A stretch of 64,000 bases of DNA from an uncultured delta proteobacterium. GTDB lineage: Bacteria > Myxococcota_A > Polyangia > Polyangiales > Polyangiaceae. Each line of letters begins with the position of its first letter. The first letter of the stretch is position 1. The stretch spans positions 288,001 to 352,000 of the forward strand of contig CAVOKF010000004.1 in assembly GCA_963696385.1 (NCBI GenBank). The letters run 5' to 3'. Under the pieces are notes generated by a model. It searched no databases. It was not told where the DNA came from and saw only the letters and a list, made by a program, of their open reading frames with translations. Position numbers and translations under genes: made by a program. Positions 1 through 10,426 of this stretch are shown piece after piece.

Positions 1-204
1 CGCAGCGAGGCGCACGACCGAACCATCGAGGATGCGGCGCGCACCATTCGAGTGAAGCTTGCCCGGGACAAGGCCAAAGCGAAGGAAAGTGCCTACATCG
101 AGCAGCTCCGCCAGCAATTCCCGGTGACTATCGACGAAGCCGCGCTCTCCCAGGTCGACGTCGACGCGGCCGCCAGCCCGACGCCGCGTTCGGGCCGCCC
201 GTAA
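1..204 (+). CDS. 3' end of a gene cut by the window edge; resembles the C-terminal helix of PpiC/SurA/PrsA-type foldases
   Basis: Frame 1 is open to TAA at 202-204: RTIEDAARTIRVKLARDKAKAKESAYIEQLRQQFPVTIDEAAL, similar to parvulin-foldase C-termini. Confidence 0.5.
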   Translation, partial: RSEAHDRTIEDAARTIRVKLARDKAKAKESAYIEQLRQQFPVTIDEAALSQVDVDAAASPTPRSGRP

Positions 205-238
205 GCGATGGCCTCTCCCCGCGCGCCCCGGGGCGCGC

Positions 239-1393
239 ATGCTAGAACGTTTCGGCATGTCGCACGGTCGCGCGGAAGCGTCGGCTCGAATCCGGCGCCT
301 GCGCGGCAGTGGATGGAGCGACTGGCGATGGCAGATCCGCCACTGTGTCGCGTCCGCTGACGCGCTCGCGCTCGCGCTGCCGCTGACCGAGCGAGAGATC
401 AAAGGGGCGCGCCGAGCCGAGAGCCGCGGCTTGCCGATCCGTATCACCCCCTATTACCTCGGCCTGATCGATCCGCACAATCCCGAATGTCCCATCCGGC
501 GCCAGTGCGTTCCGGACTCGCGCGAGGACGAGGAAGCCGCCGGGGATCTAGTCGACCCGCTCGGTGAGGCCGCGCACGAAGTGGCGCCCCATCTCATCCA
601 GCGATACCCCGACCGCGCCCTGTTGCTCGCGACGGACCGTTGCGCGGTCTATTGCCGGTTCTGCACCCGATCGCGCATGGTCGGAGGTGGTCACGGAGGT
701 ATCGCGATCGAAGCGCTCGGTCCGGCGCTCGCGTGGTTGCGCGAGCACCCGAGCGTCCGCGACGTAATCGTCAGTGGGGGCGACCCGCTCGCCATGGCCA
801 CGGAGCGCCTCGTGCGGCTCGTCGCGGCGGTGCGCGCCGTGGCGAGCGTCGAGACCATTCGCCTGGCGACGCGGGTCCCGGTCACGCTCCCGATGCGGAT
901 CACGGGCGAATTGCTTCGCGCCCTGCGCCCGCTTCATCCGCTCTGGGTCATGACGCATTTCAACCATCCCAAGGAGGTCACTCGTGAAGCGGCGCGGGCG
1001 TGCAATCGGCTGGCGGATGCCGGCTTTCCGGTCATGAATCAAACGGTGCTGCTCGCCGGCATCAATGACGATGCGGACACTCTCGAAAGCCTGTTTCGAG
1101 GGCTCGTCCGTCTACGCGTTCGCCCGTACTACTTGCTGCAGGCCGATCCCGTACGCGGCACATCCCACTTGCGCACGCGTCTCGGCCAAGGAATCGAGCT
1201 GATGGAGCGCCTGCAGGGGCGGGTCTCGGGGATCGCGCTCCCGAAGCTCATTTGCGACACCCCCGGCGGACGAGGAAAAGTGCCTGTGGCGCCAGACTAC
1301 GTGGTGAAACGCGCCGACGGGCGGACGACGTTACGCACTTTTCGGGGCGAGAACGTCGACTACATCGACCCGCCCACGCGCGGATTGGATTGA
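239..1393 (+). CDS. kamA: KamA family radical SAM protein (lysine 2,3-aminomutase-like)
   Basis: W-x-DWRWQ, ITPYY, DPLGE, QRYPDR, CAVYCRFCTR (CxxxCxxC), SGGDPL, HFNHP, NQTVLL, PYYL, PGGRGK. Confidence 0.9.
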   Translation: MLERFGMSHGRAEASARIRRLRGSGWSDWRWQIRHCVASADALALALPLTEREIKGARRAESRGLPIRITPYYLGLIDPHNPECPIRRQCVPDSREDEEAAGDLVDPLGEAAHEVAPHLIQRYPDRALLLATDRCAVYCRFCTRSRMVGGGHGGIAIEALGPALAWLREHPSVRDVIVSGGDPLAMATERLVRLVAAVRAVASVETIRLATRVPVTLPMRITGELLRALRPLHPLWVMTHFNHPKEVTREAARACNRLADAGFPVMNQTVLLAGINDDADTLESLFRGLVRLRVRPYYLLQADPVRGTSHLRTRLGQGIELMERLQGRVSGIALPKLICDTPGGRGKVPVAPDYVVKRADGRTTLRTFRGENVDYIDPPTRGLD

Positions 1394-1452
1394 CGGGTTG
1401 TAGCGCGATTCCCTAGCCTCTTAAGCTCATCTTGGGCTTGCGACCTCGGCGC

Positions 1453-3192
1453 ATGATTGGACTCGTCCTCGGACTCGTCATGACGACGGCGTCGTCGCGG
1501 GCCCTCGCGCAGTCCACGGCCGCGCCCGCGCAACCACCGAACGACAAGGCGGAGATCGCAGCGGGCGATACCGCAGCGCGGGCGAAGGATTGGGCCACCG
1601 CGCTCGCCCATTATCATTCGGCGACGCGCGCTTCGCCGAGCGCTCGCGCCGAGCTCGGCGCCGCCAATGCGCTCTATCAGCTCGGTCGCGTCGGCGAAGC
1701 GTACGACGCGTATGCGGAAGCACAGGCCGACTTCGCGCTCCAGCTTTCAACGGCAGACAAGAGTCTCGCGGCCGGACGGTTGAAGGAACTGGGGACCAAG
1801 ACGGGATGGCTGTCCTTGCGGGTCGCCGAGCCCGGTGCCAACGTCGATCTCGACGGTCAGTCGATCGGAATTTCCCCGGTGCCGGCCCTCGTGCGTGTCG
1901 CCACGGGCGCGCACGACGTGCGCGTGTCGAAAGAGGGATTCACCGCGTTCGCGACTCGCGTGGAAGTCACTGCCGACGGCAAAGCGATTGTGGACGTGGC
2001 GCTCGTCCGCGCCGAGACGCAGGGCCACGTGATCGTTCAGACGCGGGGCGAGCCCATCCGCGTGCTGATGGACGGAGTCGACGTCGGAGCGACGCCCTGG
2101 CAAGGAGATCTCGTTCCGGGTACCCATGTGGTGGCGGGCCGAAGTTCGATTGCGGAGGCGCCCGCGCAGCCGGTGACCGTGGTCCCCGGCGCGACGGTCA
2201 CCGTCGACTTGGTCCCGTCGTCGACGGCGGCTCATCTGCAGGTGCGCACGAGCGACGGCCAGGGCCAGATTGCGATTGACGGCGTCGTGAAAGGGCAAGG
2301 CGCGCTCGCGGCCGACGTCCCGCCGGGCCCCCACTCGGTTGTCGTTACACGCGACGGGTACGAAATCTACGAGCGAACGGTTTCCCTCTCGGCGCGCGAG
2401 ACGTGGGCGGAAACCGTGACGCTTTCTCCGCGGGTCGTCGCGAACCGCACGCCAGCATTGGCGGAACGCGCGACCGAAGGAGTCTACGGTGGCTTCGGCC
2501 TCACGGGCCTCTTCGGGGTGGGGAGTCAGGGCACGGAGCTCGACACCCACTGCGACGCGCTCGGCGCGGCTTCGTGCCAGACTCCGTCGCCATCGGGCGG
2601 AGGTCTCTTCGGGTATGCCGGTTGGACCTGGAATCCGATCGGCTTCGAGCTTTTGCTCGCCGGGTCGTTCGATACCGTTCGGCAGAGCGCCTCCTTCGAC
2701 GGGATGGGCCGGTCGGGCAACCTGCCGCTCTCGATGCCGGCGCGCGAAGAGACGTTCCACTTCTACCGCGCCGGTGGACTCGCCGCCGTCCGGGCGCGCG
2801 CCGTGTTCTCTATCGGGCCGGGACTGCGCGGTACGGTCGCTGGAGGTCTGGGCGCTTCCTACAAACAGATGTTCATGCTGCGGCGCGCCGTCGTGCCGAA
2901 CGGGGGGCAAGACCTCTACATCCCGGAAAGCGTCGGCTATTGGTCGCCGGCCGTGACGGTTGAAGCCGCCCTGCAAGTCCGTTTCACGCGCACGCTCGCT
3001 CTCTCCGTCGGAGGGCTGATGTGGGCCGACAACGCCAGCATCGCCGGGACCAACGCTTCGCCGCCCGCGGCGCCTCGGAAGATCGTGGACGCCAACCAAG
3101 TGCCTGAACCGCTGCCGACACCGCAGTACCACTTCGCGTCGGGGCCACAGGTCTTCGTCGGACCCCTGATCGGCCTGCAGTTCGGTCCGTGA
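1453..3192 (+). CDS. Secreted TPR/PEGA-domain protein with C-terminal beta-barrel-like region
   Basis: Signal peptide, short TPR-like helices, three PEGA-like repeats (e.g. GANVDLDGQSIGISP...GAHDVRVSKEGF), terminal LIGLQFGP. Confidence 0.75.
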   Translation: MIGLVLGLVMTTASSRALAQSTAAPAQPPNDKAEIAAGDTAARAKDWATALAHYHSATRASPSARAELGAANALYQLGRVGEAYDAYAEAQADFALQLSTADKSLAAGRLKELGTKTGWLSLRVAEPGANVDLDGQSIGISPVPALVRVATGAHDVRVSKEGFTAFATRVEVTADGKAIVDVALVRAETQGHVIVQTRGEPIRVLMDGVDVGATPWQGDLVPGTHVVAGRSSIAEAPAQPVTVVPGATVTVDLVPSSTAAHLQVRTSDGQGQIAIDGVVKGQGALAADVPPGPHSVVVTRDGYEIYERTVSLSARETWAETVTLSPRVVANRTPALAERATEGVYGGFGLTGLFGVGSQGTELDTHCDALGAASCQTPSPSGGGLFGYAGWTWNPIGFELLLAGSFDTVRQSASFDGMGRSGNLPLSMPAREETFHFYRAGGLAAVRARAVFSIGPGLRGTVAGGLGASYKQMFMLRRAVVPNGGQDLYIPESVGYWSPAVTVEAALQVRFTRTLALSVGGLMWADNASIAGTNASPPAAPRKIVDANQVPEPLPTPQYHFASGPQVFVGPLIGLQFGP

Positions 3193-3224
3193 CCCTGAAG
3201 CGGGGCGCTCGCCCTTCGGGTGAG

Positions 3225-5645
3225 TCAGTCTCCGTCGTCGAGGCCGATGGCGTCGAGTCCGGCGCCGTCCGTGGGCGCGGTGGTCGTTCCGTCGGCACCG
3301 GCGCTTGCGTCCATGGTATTGGCGGTCGCGTCCAAGCTCGCTGCCGCCCCCTCGTTCACCGACGCCGCATCGGTCGCGAGAGCCGCATCGGCCCCAACGA
3401 TCGACACGGCGCCGTCATTCATGGGAGCCGTCACGCCGCAGAGGATCGTACCGGTCACGGCGACCTCCGGAACGGGCGACTGGCTCGCCTGAGCCGCTGC
3501 ACTCGCGACGAGGACGGCGTTCTGCAGATCGGTGCAGGCTTGTCCGCAAATCCGGATGCGACCCTGGTCAAGGCTCCAGCCGTTGACCGTGTTCTGAGTG
3601 GCCTCACTGCAGGCGGCGTTGGGGTCAATCGAGATGGGAGTGCCTGGCTGGCTCGGATCGGCGTAGTCGACCTCGGCAATCCCCGATACGGGTTCGTACA
3701 GGCATGTTCCAAGCGCCTCGGCGGCCTGAGAGAAGTTCTTGAGCACCTGCTCGGCTTGCGTCGACGGAAGCGTTGCATCGATCGTGGTCACCATCTGCGG
3801 CAGGTCGGCCTGAAGGCTCTTGTAAAAGTCGAGCGGTCCGGGGTCGCCGCTGTCGTTGCCCAGGACCACAAAGTAGGTGCGGATACTGGGGCTGCCCTGG
3901 TAGGCCATCTCGATCTCCTGCTCGATCGAGGCCTGGGCGCTCGTGCCGTAGAGCGGCGGATCGCAGTCGTTGGCGGAACCGGCATCGCTCGCGAGGGTCG
4001 GAGTTCGATTCACGAAGAACATCACGGCGGCGATGTTGGGCGCCTCGCGGTTGGCCAGAAAGCTGCTCACGGCCGAATAAGCACCGGTGCCGCTGCCGGG
4101 GCGCATCGCGGCTTGGAGATCGAGCGGCGCCAGCGAGGCGGACCCCGCGTCTTCGCCTTCCGGCGGGGTCCAGTTGTCCACCTGGCTGGCAATCTGGGCT
4201 TGCACGGTCGTGGCCAACCCGAACGGCACGGTCGGATCCGCGAACTCGGTCGTCAGGCTCGTGCACTCGGATTGGTCGAATGGCCCGCCGTCGTCGGGCG
4301 TATGAGGAAAGAAGCGGAACGCGGCATAGGTCTCATTGAAGACGGGGTCGGCCAGAGTCAAGCTCATGACCGTCGCGTATCCGGTCGGTCCGAACGCTCC
4401 TTTCATCGCCACCGAATTGTCCATGACGAGGTAGACGGCGCTCGGGGTCGACGTAAGCGGCACTCGCGTGTTGCACGCTTCGCCGTCGGAAGACACGGCG
4501 ACCGCGTCCTCGGCCACCGCCCCGTCGAGGGTGACCCCGTTGCCGCGCTCGTCCGCGCAGATCGGAAGCAGCGGGGACTTCGACGTCAAGCACCCGAGCC
4601 CGAGCTCCACCTGGGCGATCGTATGAGAGGGCTCTGCGGAAGCCGACAAAGGCGGTGGCGCGTGGGCCGCCTTGACCAGATTGCACAGACCCGGAGCCAA
4701 CTGAAATGTCGGTAAGACTCCCCCGTCCGTTTCGCTCGCATCCGTGGTGCCGATCGAGTTTCCGGCGTCGGTGCCCGCATCCAGGCCTGCGCTCGTGGGG
4801 CATGTGCCCAGGCAGAATCCCTCGTTCGGATCCTCGTCGAGGATTTCCGATTCGCTCGCGTTGGTAATCTCCTCTTCGAGCTGCCCAGACACCGGTCCCT
4901 GGATCCAAGCGATGTCTTCGTACAAAACGCGTACGTTGATGCCTGCGCCCGGGGGCGCAGCGTAAATGCACCGGCCCGGATCCACCGGCTGCACCGTCAG
5001 CGTCCCTTGGGACGGGAAACAGGCCGCAGGGCTAAAGCATTCGCCTGTCCCGTAGATGAGCGTAGGGTCGAAGTCGACGAGCTGGGAGGCCACCAGCTCC
5101 GGGGCCGGTTGTTGGACGCACTGCGCGCCCTCGCACGTGAAACCATCCCCGAGAGTCGAGCAGTCTTGGTCGAAGCACGAGTAGCTGAGCGGCATCGGCA
5201 AAAACAGCGTCTGCTGAGCGACGTAGGTCTGCGTGGAGCTTCGAACGACGCGAGGGCCGTTGGCAGCGCCGGCGGGAAGCGGGTTGGCGTAGCAACCGTA
5301 CGTCGTCGATGGGTTCGTTTGCGCGTCGCTGAACCCGCGGACGATCACCGTTATGGGTGTGTCCGGGGCCGTTCCGGACACCACTCCGAGTGTCGTGGGA
5401 AGGTCGACGGCGCCGTTGTCGACATACTGCGGCTCGCAAAATACCCTCGTGTGGTTGACCTGCACCTCGATTTCGATGCCGTCGAGGTCGCGGGGCACTT
5501 GCAGCTGCGTGAGCACGCCGGGAACGAGCTCCGTAGGCTGTGTGGCCGAGCACGAGACGCCGGCCACGACGGCTGCCGTCGCGACGGACAACAGGCTCGC
5601 CGCAAACGGCTTCGCCAACCGCAAACCCATCCCCGTGTCTCCCAT
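3225..5645 (-). CDS. Myxobacterial lipoprotein, possibly with a degenerate vWA-like C-terminal domain
   Basis: ATG at 5645 overlaps the upstream TGA; lipobox-like VAGVSC; AVYLVMDNSVAM (MIDAS-like) and IRICGQAC near the C-terminus. Confidence 0.65.
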   Translation of the reverse strand: MGDTGMGLRLAKPFAASLLSVATAAVVAGVSCSATQPTELVPGVLTQLQVPRDLDGIEIEVQVNHTRVFCEPQYVDNGAVDLPTTLGVVSGTAPDTPITVIVRGFSDAQTNPSTTYGCYANPLPAGAANGPRVVRSSTQTYVAQQTLFLPMPLSYSCFDQDCSTLGDGFTCEGAQCVQQPAPELVASQLVDFDPTLIYGTGECFSPAACFPSQGTLTVQPVDPGRCIYAAPPGAGINVRVLYEDIAWIQGPVSGQLEEEITNASESEILDEDPNEGFCLGTCPTSAGLDAGTDAGNSIGTTDASETDGGVLPTFQLAPGLCNLVKAAHAPPPLSASAEPSHTIAQVELGLGCLTSKSPLLPICADERGNGVTLDGAVAEDAVAVSSDGEACNTRVPLTSTPSAVYLVMDNSVAMKGAFGPTGYATVMSLTLADPVFNETYAAFRFFPHTPDDGGPFDQSECTSLTTEFADPTVPFGLATTVQAQIASQVDNWTPPEGEDAGSASLAPLDLQAAMRPGSGTGAYSAVSSFLANREAPNIAAVMFFVNRTPTLASDAGSANDCDPPLYGTSAQASIEQEIEMAYQGSPSIRTYFVVLGNDSGDPGPLDFYKSLQADLPQMVTTIDATLPSTQAEQVLKNFSQAAEALGTCLYEPVSGIAEVDYADPSQPGTPISIDPNAACSEATQNTVNGWSLDQGRIRICGQACTDLQNAVLVASAAAQASQSPVPEVAVTGTILCGVTAPMNDGAVSIVGADAALATDAASVNEGAAASLDATANTMDASAGADGTTTAPTDGAGLDAIGLDDGD

Positions 5646-6826
5646 CAGAAGTGAAGTCTCCGACTTGCCGTGGTGATCCCGGGCGTGTAGTCCCCGACAT
5701 ACGGGCTTGGCGTCGTGGGCTTGAAGATGAAGTACCCGGCGACGATTCCGCCCGTTACGACGAGAAGCGATCCGACCCCCCACGCGACCCAGCTGTTGTT
5801 GACCTCGCGGTTCAAAGGCACGTTCACGTCGCGAACCTGATCGTCGGCCACGAATACCTCCGTGGCATACGTCTGATAGCCCGGCTTGTGGACAACGAGC
5901 TCGTGGCCCCCGGTGGTCGACACGACCCCCTCCCAAGTCCCCGATCCGACGTTGCGTTCATCGACGGCGATCGATGCCCCCTCCGGCGCCACGATGCGCA
6001 GTCGGCCCTCGTGTCGTTCGGCCGAAAGAGTGAGCACGAGGTTCATGGGTTGCTTGTACTGGACGTCGATCGTCTCGCCGACGGTCACGTAGCCGGGCGC
6101 GCGCGCTTCGATCGTGTGCTTGTCGGCACGCAGCTCGCCTTTGAACGGAGCCGTGCCGACGTCTCGACCGTCGATGAAAATCGTCGCGCTCGGTGCGCCA
6201 CCCGCCACGACCGTGACCAACGCGGTCTTGTTGAGTGGCTCGAGTCGGAAGGTGACGGGGGTCCGCGCCCCGGCGGCCACGTCGACCGTCTGGATCGCCT
6301 CCGCAAAGCCCTCCTTCGACAGCTTGAGGACGTGCTTGCCGACGTCGATGCGCACGGGCCCCAGAAAGGGAGACTTGCCGATTCGGTAGTCGTCAATCGA
6401 CAGCGTCGCATCGGGCTCGTTCGCAGTGATCTCGAGCGTCGTCACGAACTGCTGGACGATGGCGATCGCGTTCTTCAGCTCCTGCTGTTCGCTCGGTGCG
6501 AGTTGCCCTGCGCCTTCGCGCAGCTCCTTGTCCCACGCGTCGATCGCGAGCGCGTAATGAGTCAGAAGCTTCTCGGTGACACCCACGTTGTAGAGAACGC
6601 GCGGATTTTGGGAGAGATCGTAGGCGCGCTCGAACTCGACCAGGGCCCCCTTGTAGTCGCTGGCCCCGGCGAGTTGCTTGGCGGCATCCCACGCGCGCCG
6701 CGCCGGCTCCTGAAGCTGCGCCCGCACGTCGGTCGCCTGCGGCTGCGCGGCGGCGGACCGCGCGACGAAGACCGCGGCAAAGATGAAGGACAAGGACCGA
6801 AGGTGGGTATCCATGCGCCATCTCAT
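5645..6826 (-). CDS. TPR + PEGA domain membrane protein
   Basis: Signal peptide, ALVEFERAYDLSQNPRVLYNVG, three PEGA-like repeats, C-terminal TM segment. Confidence 0.8.
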   Translation of the reverse strand: MRWRMDTHLRSLSFIFAAVFVARSAAAQPQATDVRAQLQEPARRAWDAAKQLAGASDYKGALVEFERAYDLSQNPRVLYNVGVTEKLLTHYALAIDAWDKELREGAGQLAPSEQQELKNAIAIVQQFVTTLEITANEPDATLSIDDYRIGKSPFLGPVRIDVGKHVLKLSKEGFAEAIQTVDVAAGARTPVTFRLEPLNKTALVTVVAGGAPSATIFIDGRDVGTAPFKGELRADKHTIEARAPGYVTVGETIDVQYKQPMNLVLTLSAERHEGRLRIVAPEGASIAVDERNVGSGTWEGVVSTTGGHELVVHKPGYQTYATEVFVADDQVRDVNVPLNREVNNSWVAWGVGSLLVVTGGIVAGYFIFKPTTPSPYVGDYTPGITTASRRLHF

Positions 6827-6832
6827 GGGTGT

Positions 6833-8341
6833 CTAGTGCAGCTTCAGATCGCTCAGTTGTTTGGGGAGAGTCGACGGGCCGGACGACGACGACGTTGGGG
6901 CACCTTGCAATGAAGGCGACGCCGCTGCCGGACGCGTTGTTCGGGGCGGTGCGACAGGGGCGCCCTGCGCGGCTATCGCGGACGAGGATACCGCGGGTTC
7001 GCCGACGCCGGGCAAGGGTACGAGGACCGCCATACTCGGGGCAGTGGCCGCTGTCGTCCAAGGCAAGGTGCCGGACCCGTCGGCGGGGGTCGACGAAGCC
7101 TGCGGTGGCCCCTGCAGGGCCGAGGCCGGCGTGCGCTCCGCATGCCTCGCACGCGTTGCAAAGAATCCGCCGACCGCAAGCAACCCCAGCCCCAGCATGG
7201 TGATTGCGCCTGCGACGGCGTACCTTCGAGTCGTCCTGCGGGGCGGTGGTGTGTCGCTCGTGACTCCGACATGCGTCGGTACGCCCGCGCGGCGCGGCGC
7301 GTCGGCGTCGCTGCGGTTCGTCTGCGCGACGGCGGCCGGTCGGGCGAGCGGCTCCAGCGCTCGAGCTGTTGCCGCCGCCGGCGCCTTCGACCATGGACTG
7401 CGACCGCGCCAGGCCTGGATCTTCGTGACGATGGTTGCGCTTCGCTCGTCCGCGAAAGGGGCCAGCGCCTCGGCCATCTCCAGGGCGGACGAGTAGCGCG
7501 CGTCTCTGTCGCGCTGAAGCGCGCGATGAACGACCGCCGCCAAGCCTTCCGGTAGGCCGGGCCGTGTCTCGAGAAGCGGCGGGGGTTCGGTCGTGAAGAT
7601 CTTGAACAAAATCTCCGTGTACTCTCCGGATTCGGCCGTGTACGGGGTCCGACCGCAAAGCATCTCGTACAAGATCGCGCCCACGGAATACAGATCGCTG
7701 CGGTGGTCGACGTCACGCGGGGACCGGGCCTGTTCGGGCGACATGTAAAGGGGCGTGCCGAGAGCGCTGTTCGTTCGCGTGAGATTCGCGTTTTGGCTCG
7801 CGTCGTCGAAGGTGCGCACCTTGCTGATCCCGAAATCCACCAATTTGACGAAATCGGCCTCGCCGTCTTTTTCGATGACGAAGCAATTGGAAGGCTTCAT
7901 GTCACGGTGCACGATTCCGGCGTTGTGCGCCGTGTGCAAGGCACGCAGCATCTGGATAGCGAAGTGCACCGCGCGCGCGATCTCGATGCTCGGTCCGTCG
8001 GCCGCCAGCAATTCGCCCAGATCACGGCCCTCGAGATACTCCATGACGAGGTACGGCGCGCCGCTCGGCAGCCGCCCGACGTCGAACACCTTGACGACGT
8101 GGTCGCTATCGATCTGCGACGCCGCCACACCTTCGTTGACGAAGCGCTCGACCGCGCCCGGCAAGGCCAGGATGGCTCCGCTCATGAACTTCAGCGCGAC
8201 CGGCGCGCGTCGAAGCAAATGCGTGGCTTTGGCCACCGCGCCCATCCCGCCCTCGCCGAGCATGCGCTCGACGCGATATTTGCCATCGAGCACCTCGCCC
8301 GATTGCGGATAGGGGTAGACGGACAGGTTCGGGGGCTGCAT
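6833..8341 (-). CDS. Membrane-anchored Hanks-type Ser/Thr protein kinase
   Basis: LGEGGMG, VALK, HRDMKPSN, DFGISK, GTPLYMSPEQ, DLYSVG; TM segment and Pro/Ala-rich tail. Confidence 0.95.
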   Translation of the reverse strand: MQPPNLSVYPYPQSGEVLDGKYRVERMLGEGGMGAVAKATHLLRRAPVALKFMSGAILALPGAVERFVNEGVAASQIDSDHVVKVFDVGRLPSGAPYLVMEYLEGRDLGELLAADGPSIEIARAVHFAIQMLRALHTAHNAGIVHRDMKPSNCFVIEKDGEADFVKLVDFGISKVRTFDDASQNANLTRTNSALGTPLYMSPEQARSPRDVDHRSDLYSVGAILYEMLCGRTPYTAESGEYTEILFKIFTTEPPPLLETRPGLPEGLAAVVHRALQRDRDARYSSALEMAEALAPFADERSATIVTKIQAWRGRSPWSKAPAAATARALEPLARPAAVAQTNRSDADAPRRAGVPTHVGVTSDTPPPRRTTRRYAVAGAITMLGLGLLAVGGFFATRARHAERTPASALQGPPQASSTPADGSGTLPWTTAATAPSMAVLVPLPGVGEPAVSSSAIAAQGAPVAPPRTTRPAAASPSLQGAPTSSSSGPSTLPKQLSDLKLH

Positions 8342-8447
8342 TCGGCTCGCCGCGCGTCGGGGCGCGAATCCCCCCACGCGTGCGCTAAGAATAGCGGGGA
8401 AGTCGAGCTCGGCCTAGCGCGAGCGACTCAGGTGATACGACGTGGGT

Positions 8448-10049
8448 ATGGATGGCGGTTCGGATAGCTCGAATGACCGGCGGGACCGGCACGACGGCCC
8501 GTCGCACGGGTCGCCCGGTGCGCGTCTCGAACACATGACCGATCGTGCGTTGGAGGGCGGCGGCGCCGACCGGATCCAGAAGCAGCACGATGCGGGCAAA
8601 TTGACGGCACGCGAGCGCATCGAGCTTCTCGTCGACCCCGGCAGCTTCGTCGAGGCGGGACGTTTCGTCGTTCATCGATGCACGGATTTCGGCATGGAAA
8701 GCCAGAAGGTGCTCGGCGACGGCGTCATCACCGGGCATGGGCTCGTGGACGGACGCCTGGTCTTCGTATTCGCTCAAGACTTCACGGTCTTCGGCGGCAG
8801 CTTGAGCGGTGCCTACGCCCAGAAAATCGTCAAGTTGATGGACGCGGCCATGAAGGTCGGAGCCCCTATCATCGGTCTGAACGACTCGGGCGGGGCGCGA
8901 ATCCAAGAGGGCGTCGAATCGCTCGCCGGGTACGCCGACATCTTCCTGAGAAACACCCTGGCGAGCGGCGTCGTGCCTCAAATCAGCTGCATTCTCGGCC
9001 CCTGCGCGGGCGGCGCCGTCTACTCGCCCGCCATCACCGACTTCGTTTTGATGGTCGAGCGCACGAGCTACATGTTCATCACGGGGCCCGACGTCATCAA
9101 AGCCGTTACCCACGAAGACGTCACCAAGGAAGAACTGGGGGGTGCGTTGACCCACGCGACGCGCAGCGGGGTGTGCCACCTCACGTCGCACGACGATCGA
9201 GCTTGTCTCGCCCAAGCGCGCACTCTGCTGTCGTTCTTGCCCTCGAACAACCAGGAAGACCCTCCGCTCAAACCAACACGCGATCCCCCGTCGCGAGAGG
9301 TCCCGGAACTCGAGACGATCATCCCGACCGACCCCAGCCGGGCGTACGACACCAAGGACGTCATCCGCGCCGTGGTCGACGAGGGAGCGCTCTTCGAACT
9401 CGCCGAGGCGTATGCACCGAACATCGTCATCGGCTTCGCTCGGGTCGGCGGACGAGTCGTGGGCGTGGTCGCCAATCAGCCGGCGGTGCTCGCCGGGGTT
9501 CTCGACGTGCACTCCTCGATGAAGGCCGCGCGGTTCGTGCGATTCTGCGATTGTTTCAACATCCCGCTGGTCACGCTCGTCGATGTGCCCGGGTTCCTGC
9601 CGGGGACGGACCAGGAGTACAACGGGATCATCAAGCACGGCGCAAAGCTGCTCTTCGCGTTCGCCGAAGCGACGGTTCCGAAGATCACCGTCATCGTCCG
9701 CAAGGCGTATGGCGGTGCCTACGACGTCATGTCGAGCAAGCACATTCGCGCGGACGTGAACCTCGCGCTGCCGACGGCCGAGATCGCGGTGATGGGACCC
9801 GAGGCGGCCGTCAACATCGTGCACCGCCAAGAGATCGCGGGAGCCATGGATCCAGCCCGCGTGCGTGCCGCTTTCGTCGCCGACTACCGTGAGAAGTTTG
9901 CAAACCCCTACAAGGCGGCAGAGCTCGGATTCGTCGACGACGTGATCACGCCAAAGACGCTGCGGTGGCGAATCCACCGGAGCTTGGAGGCTCTCAAGGA
10001 CAAGCGAGACAGCAACCCGCCGAAGAAGCACGGGAATATGCCCTTGTGA
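8448..10049 (+). CDS. pccB: Acyl-CoA (propionyl-CoA) carboxylase carboxyltransferase beta subunit
   Basis: [69 protein letters not shown]. Confidence 0.95.
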   Translation: MDGGSDSSNDRRDRHDGPSHGSPGARLEHMTDRALEGGGADRIQKQHDAGKLTARERIELLVDPGSFVEAGRFVVHRCTDFGMESQKVLGDGVITGHGLVDGRLVFVFAQDFTVFGGSLSGAYAQKIVKLMDAAMKVGAPIIGLNDSGGARIQEGVESLAGYADIFLRNTLASGVVPQISCILGPCAGGAVYSPAITDFVLMVERTSYMFITGPDVIKAVTHEDVTKEELGGALTHATRSGVCHLTSHDDRACLAQARTLLSFLPSNNQEDPPLKPTRDPPSREVPELETIIPTDPSRAYDTKDVIRAVVDEGALFELAEAYAPNIVIGFARVGGRVVGVVANQPAVLAGVLDVHSSMKAARFVRFCDCFNIPLVTLVDVPGFLPGTDQEYNGIIKHGAKLLFAFAEATVPKITVIVRKAYGGAYDVMSSKHIRADVNLALPTAEIAVMGPEAAVNIVHRQEIAGAMDPARVRAAFVADYREKFANPYKAAELGFVDDVITPKTLRWRIHRSLEALKDKRDSNPPKKHGNMPL

Positions 10050-10426
10050 GTGACTCGGATCACCCTGAGCCTCGCTCCGCCCTTCGGGCTCCGCTCGGCG
10101 GGCCTGTCACGTACGTCGAGTCGAGGGGAGAGGCCTCTCCCCTCGAGCACCCCAGGCTGGAGGTACGTTACCCTGAGCCTCGCTCCGCCCTTCGGGCTCC
10201 GCTCGGCGGGCCTGTCACGTACGTCGAGTCGAGGGGAGAGGCCTCTCCCCTCGAGCACCCCAGGCTGGAGGTACGTTACCCTGAGCCTCGCTCGGCCCTT
10301 CGGGCTCCGCTCGGCGGGCCTGTCACGTACGTCGAGTCGAGGGGAGAGTCCTCTCCCCTCGAGCACCCCAGGCCGGAGGTACGTTACCCTGAGCCTCGCT
10401 CGGCCCTTCGGGCTCCGCTCGGCGGG
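10050..10426 (+). repeat. Tandem array 1 of a palindromic (REP/BIME-like) element, 108-bp period, ~3.4 copies
   Basis: ACCCTGAGCCTCGCTC at 10062, 10170, 10278, 10386; perfect 26-bp palindrome TCGAGGGGAGAGGCCTCTCCCCTCGA at 10121 and 10229, one loop change at 10337; starts directly after the pccB stop. Confidence 0.95.
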
